DNA of 64,000 nucleotides from Isurus oxyrinchus (lineage: Eukaryota). Within the stretch, counting starts at the first letter, position 1; each line of letters begins with the position of its first letter. Shown here one piece after another: positions 62,492-64,000 of the stretch. The translations under genes were made by a program, and so were the position numbers. The DNA is taken from assembly GCA_026770705.1 (NCBI GenBank), contig JANJGN010000026.1:36518001-36582000 (forward strand), written 5' to 3'. The notes under the pieces were generated by a model, which was not told the origin of the DNA, did not search any database, and saw only the letters and a list, made by a program, of their open reading frames with translations.

Positions 62492-64000
62492 GCGTGTGTG
62501 TGTGACTGTGTGATTCCGAAAGTGTCCAGCACAGCAGCAAATGGCGATGTCGAATTGAAGGGCCGCATATTAAGGGAACCATTTCGTTTTCATTGTGTAA
62601 AACAGCAGACGCCATGACTGGGACATGTGGAAGCATTTACCCCGTCACCGAGCTACAATACTCAGTGAACATCTTAGAGCTTCCAAGCGCTATTGGACAT
62701 GGCAAAAGAGATTTGGCAGAGGTTGGCGAGTAACCACAGTGCAGTGATACCCAGGACAATTGACAATCTCTTCATTCTGAAAGGTGTTCAGAACCTGATT
62801 ATTCGCCATTTTTTCCTGAAAGACAAAAGTAGAATATTTCAAAAGTCAGGGAGTAACCCTGGAAAACACGCTGGCTCTTCGAAACTGGGTTCACTGCGCA
62901 ATTTGAGTTCTCTAAATAATCTGTAAATAAAAACCTAATGATGACCATGGAACCATTGCCGATTGCCATTAATAAGCCCATTTGGTTCACTAATGTCCCT
63001 AGGGGACGTAAATCCGCTGCCCTTACCTGGACTGGCCTACATCCGACTCGTGGGCCACATCAATGTGGTTGACTCTTAAATGCCCTTGAACCAGGGCAAT
63101 TGGAGCTAGGCACTAAATGCTGGCCTAATCAGCGATGCCAACATCCCAGGAACGAATAAAAGCAAATGTTTAGAAGGTCTATTTTCTTCCAGACTCTAAA
63201 TACGAAGGATTTCCATGTGCAGTGTCCAATAAACAGTAGGCGTTAGAATCGATAAAATATAATCCCCACAGGATAGAGAGAAGTTAAACACAGCAGGGGT
63301 TCCGTTCAAATCGCACACGAAAAGCTGAGAACCACAAATGCTGCGAATCTGAAATAAAAGAGCAGAAAATTCTGGAAAAGTAAAGGTTAGCCGGATAGGC
63401 TGCCTCCCAGTGGAGAGAGGATCAGAGCTAACGTTTCTGATTGGTGAAATTTTATCCGAACTACAAGATCTGGAAGTGCAGTAACTTTAGTTCAATATTT
63501 GGGTGTGACAAGGGATGTTTCATTGTACGGGATCCGGTTAATCTTTGTAGCAGTGCGTGGCTCATAGCGCGAGGACACACCGGCGGGCCGGAGGGTAGTT
63601 CCCAGCGATATTTAAAGCAATCCTTCTGATTTCCTTTGCAAAACAACAGATACTTGTCCGGAGTCACAAGAACCAGGCAAGTGTTTGATCCGCAACACTA
63701 ACTATAAATTAGGAACCATCCTGTCTGTGAGCAGAGTGCTTGCAGTCCAGCTCGGGGCGTTTCCATTCACTAGCAGTCAGCTCCACACCCAGCACCACTG
63801 GCGGCACAAAGGAGTGAGGCGGGACTATCCTGAGTCACGAGAGCAGATTATTGAGGATGGGCTTTAGAACAGGTTTTCTCAAATATCCGACTGCCCTTTT
63901 ACAGAGCGACAATGCAGGGGTTAGAACGGGTGTCCTCACCTGAGGCACGTCATCAGGTTATTGAGGGCGGGGTTTAGAATTGGTGTTTTCACCTGAGGCA

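Larger units (their letters stand above)
58484..64000 (+). repeat. Segmental duplication, copy B (of 1-5512)
   Basis: Near-identity runs to the window end, with scattered substitutions and microsatellite length differences. Confidence 0.97.

Overview
Cartilaginous-fish (shark-type) genomic DNA from the variable-segment region of the T-cell receptor alpha/delta (TRAD) locus. It holds one apparently intact NAR-TCR cassette: leader plus IgNAR-like V (11934-12412), a dedicated J (12794-12846) and a leaderless supporting Vdelta (15461-15766). About 13 conventional V segments on both strands surround it, and every one is defective in some way. An intact two-exon GPR139-like class A GPCR (40978-43431) and an inverted GPCR pseudogene sit among the V segments, along with CR1-type LINE, SINE, Penelope and LTR/ERV debris. 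Bases 1-5512 recur almost identically at 58484-64000, which suggests a ~58.5-kb tandem amplicon. The most unusual signals concern recombination signal sequences (RSS). First, the NAR-TCR V appears to carry a 12-RSS facing a 23-RSS J with no D segment. Second, two conventional V segments have spacers exactly 11 bp shorter (23 to 12) than their in-window paralogs. Third, the supporting V has a tandem array of 23-RSSs. Everything here was read by eye, and family assignments come from motif recognition, not database searches.
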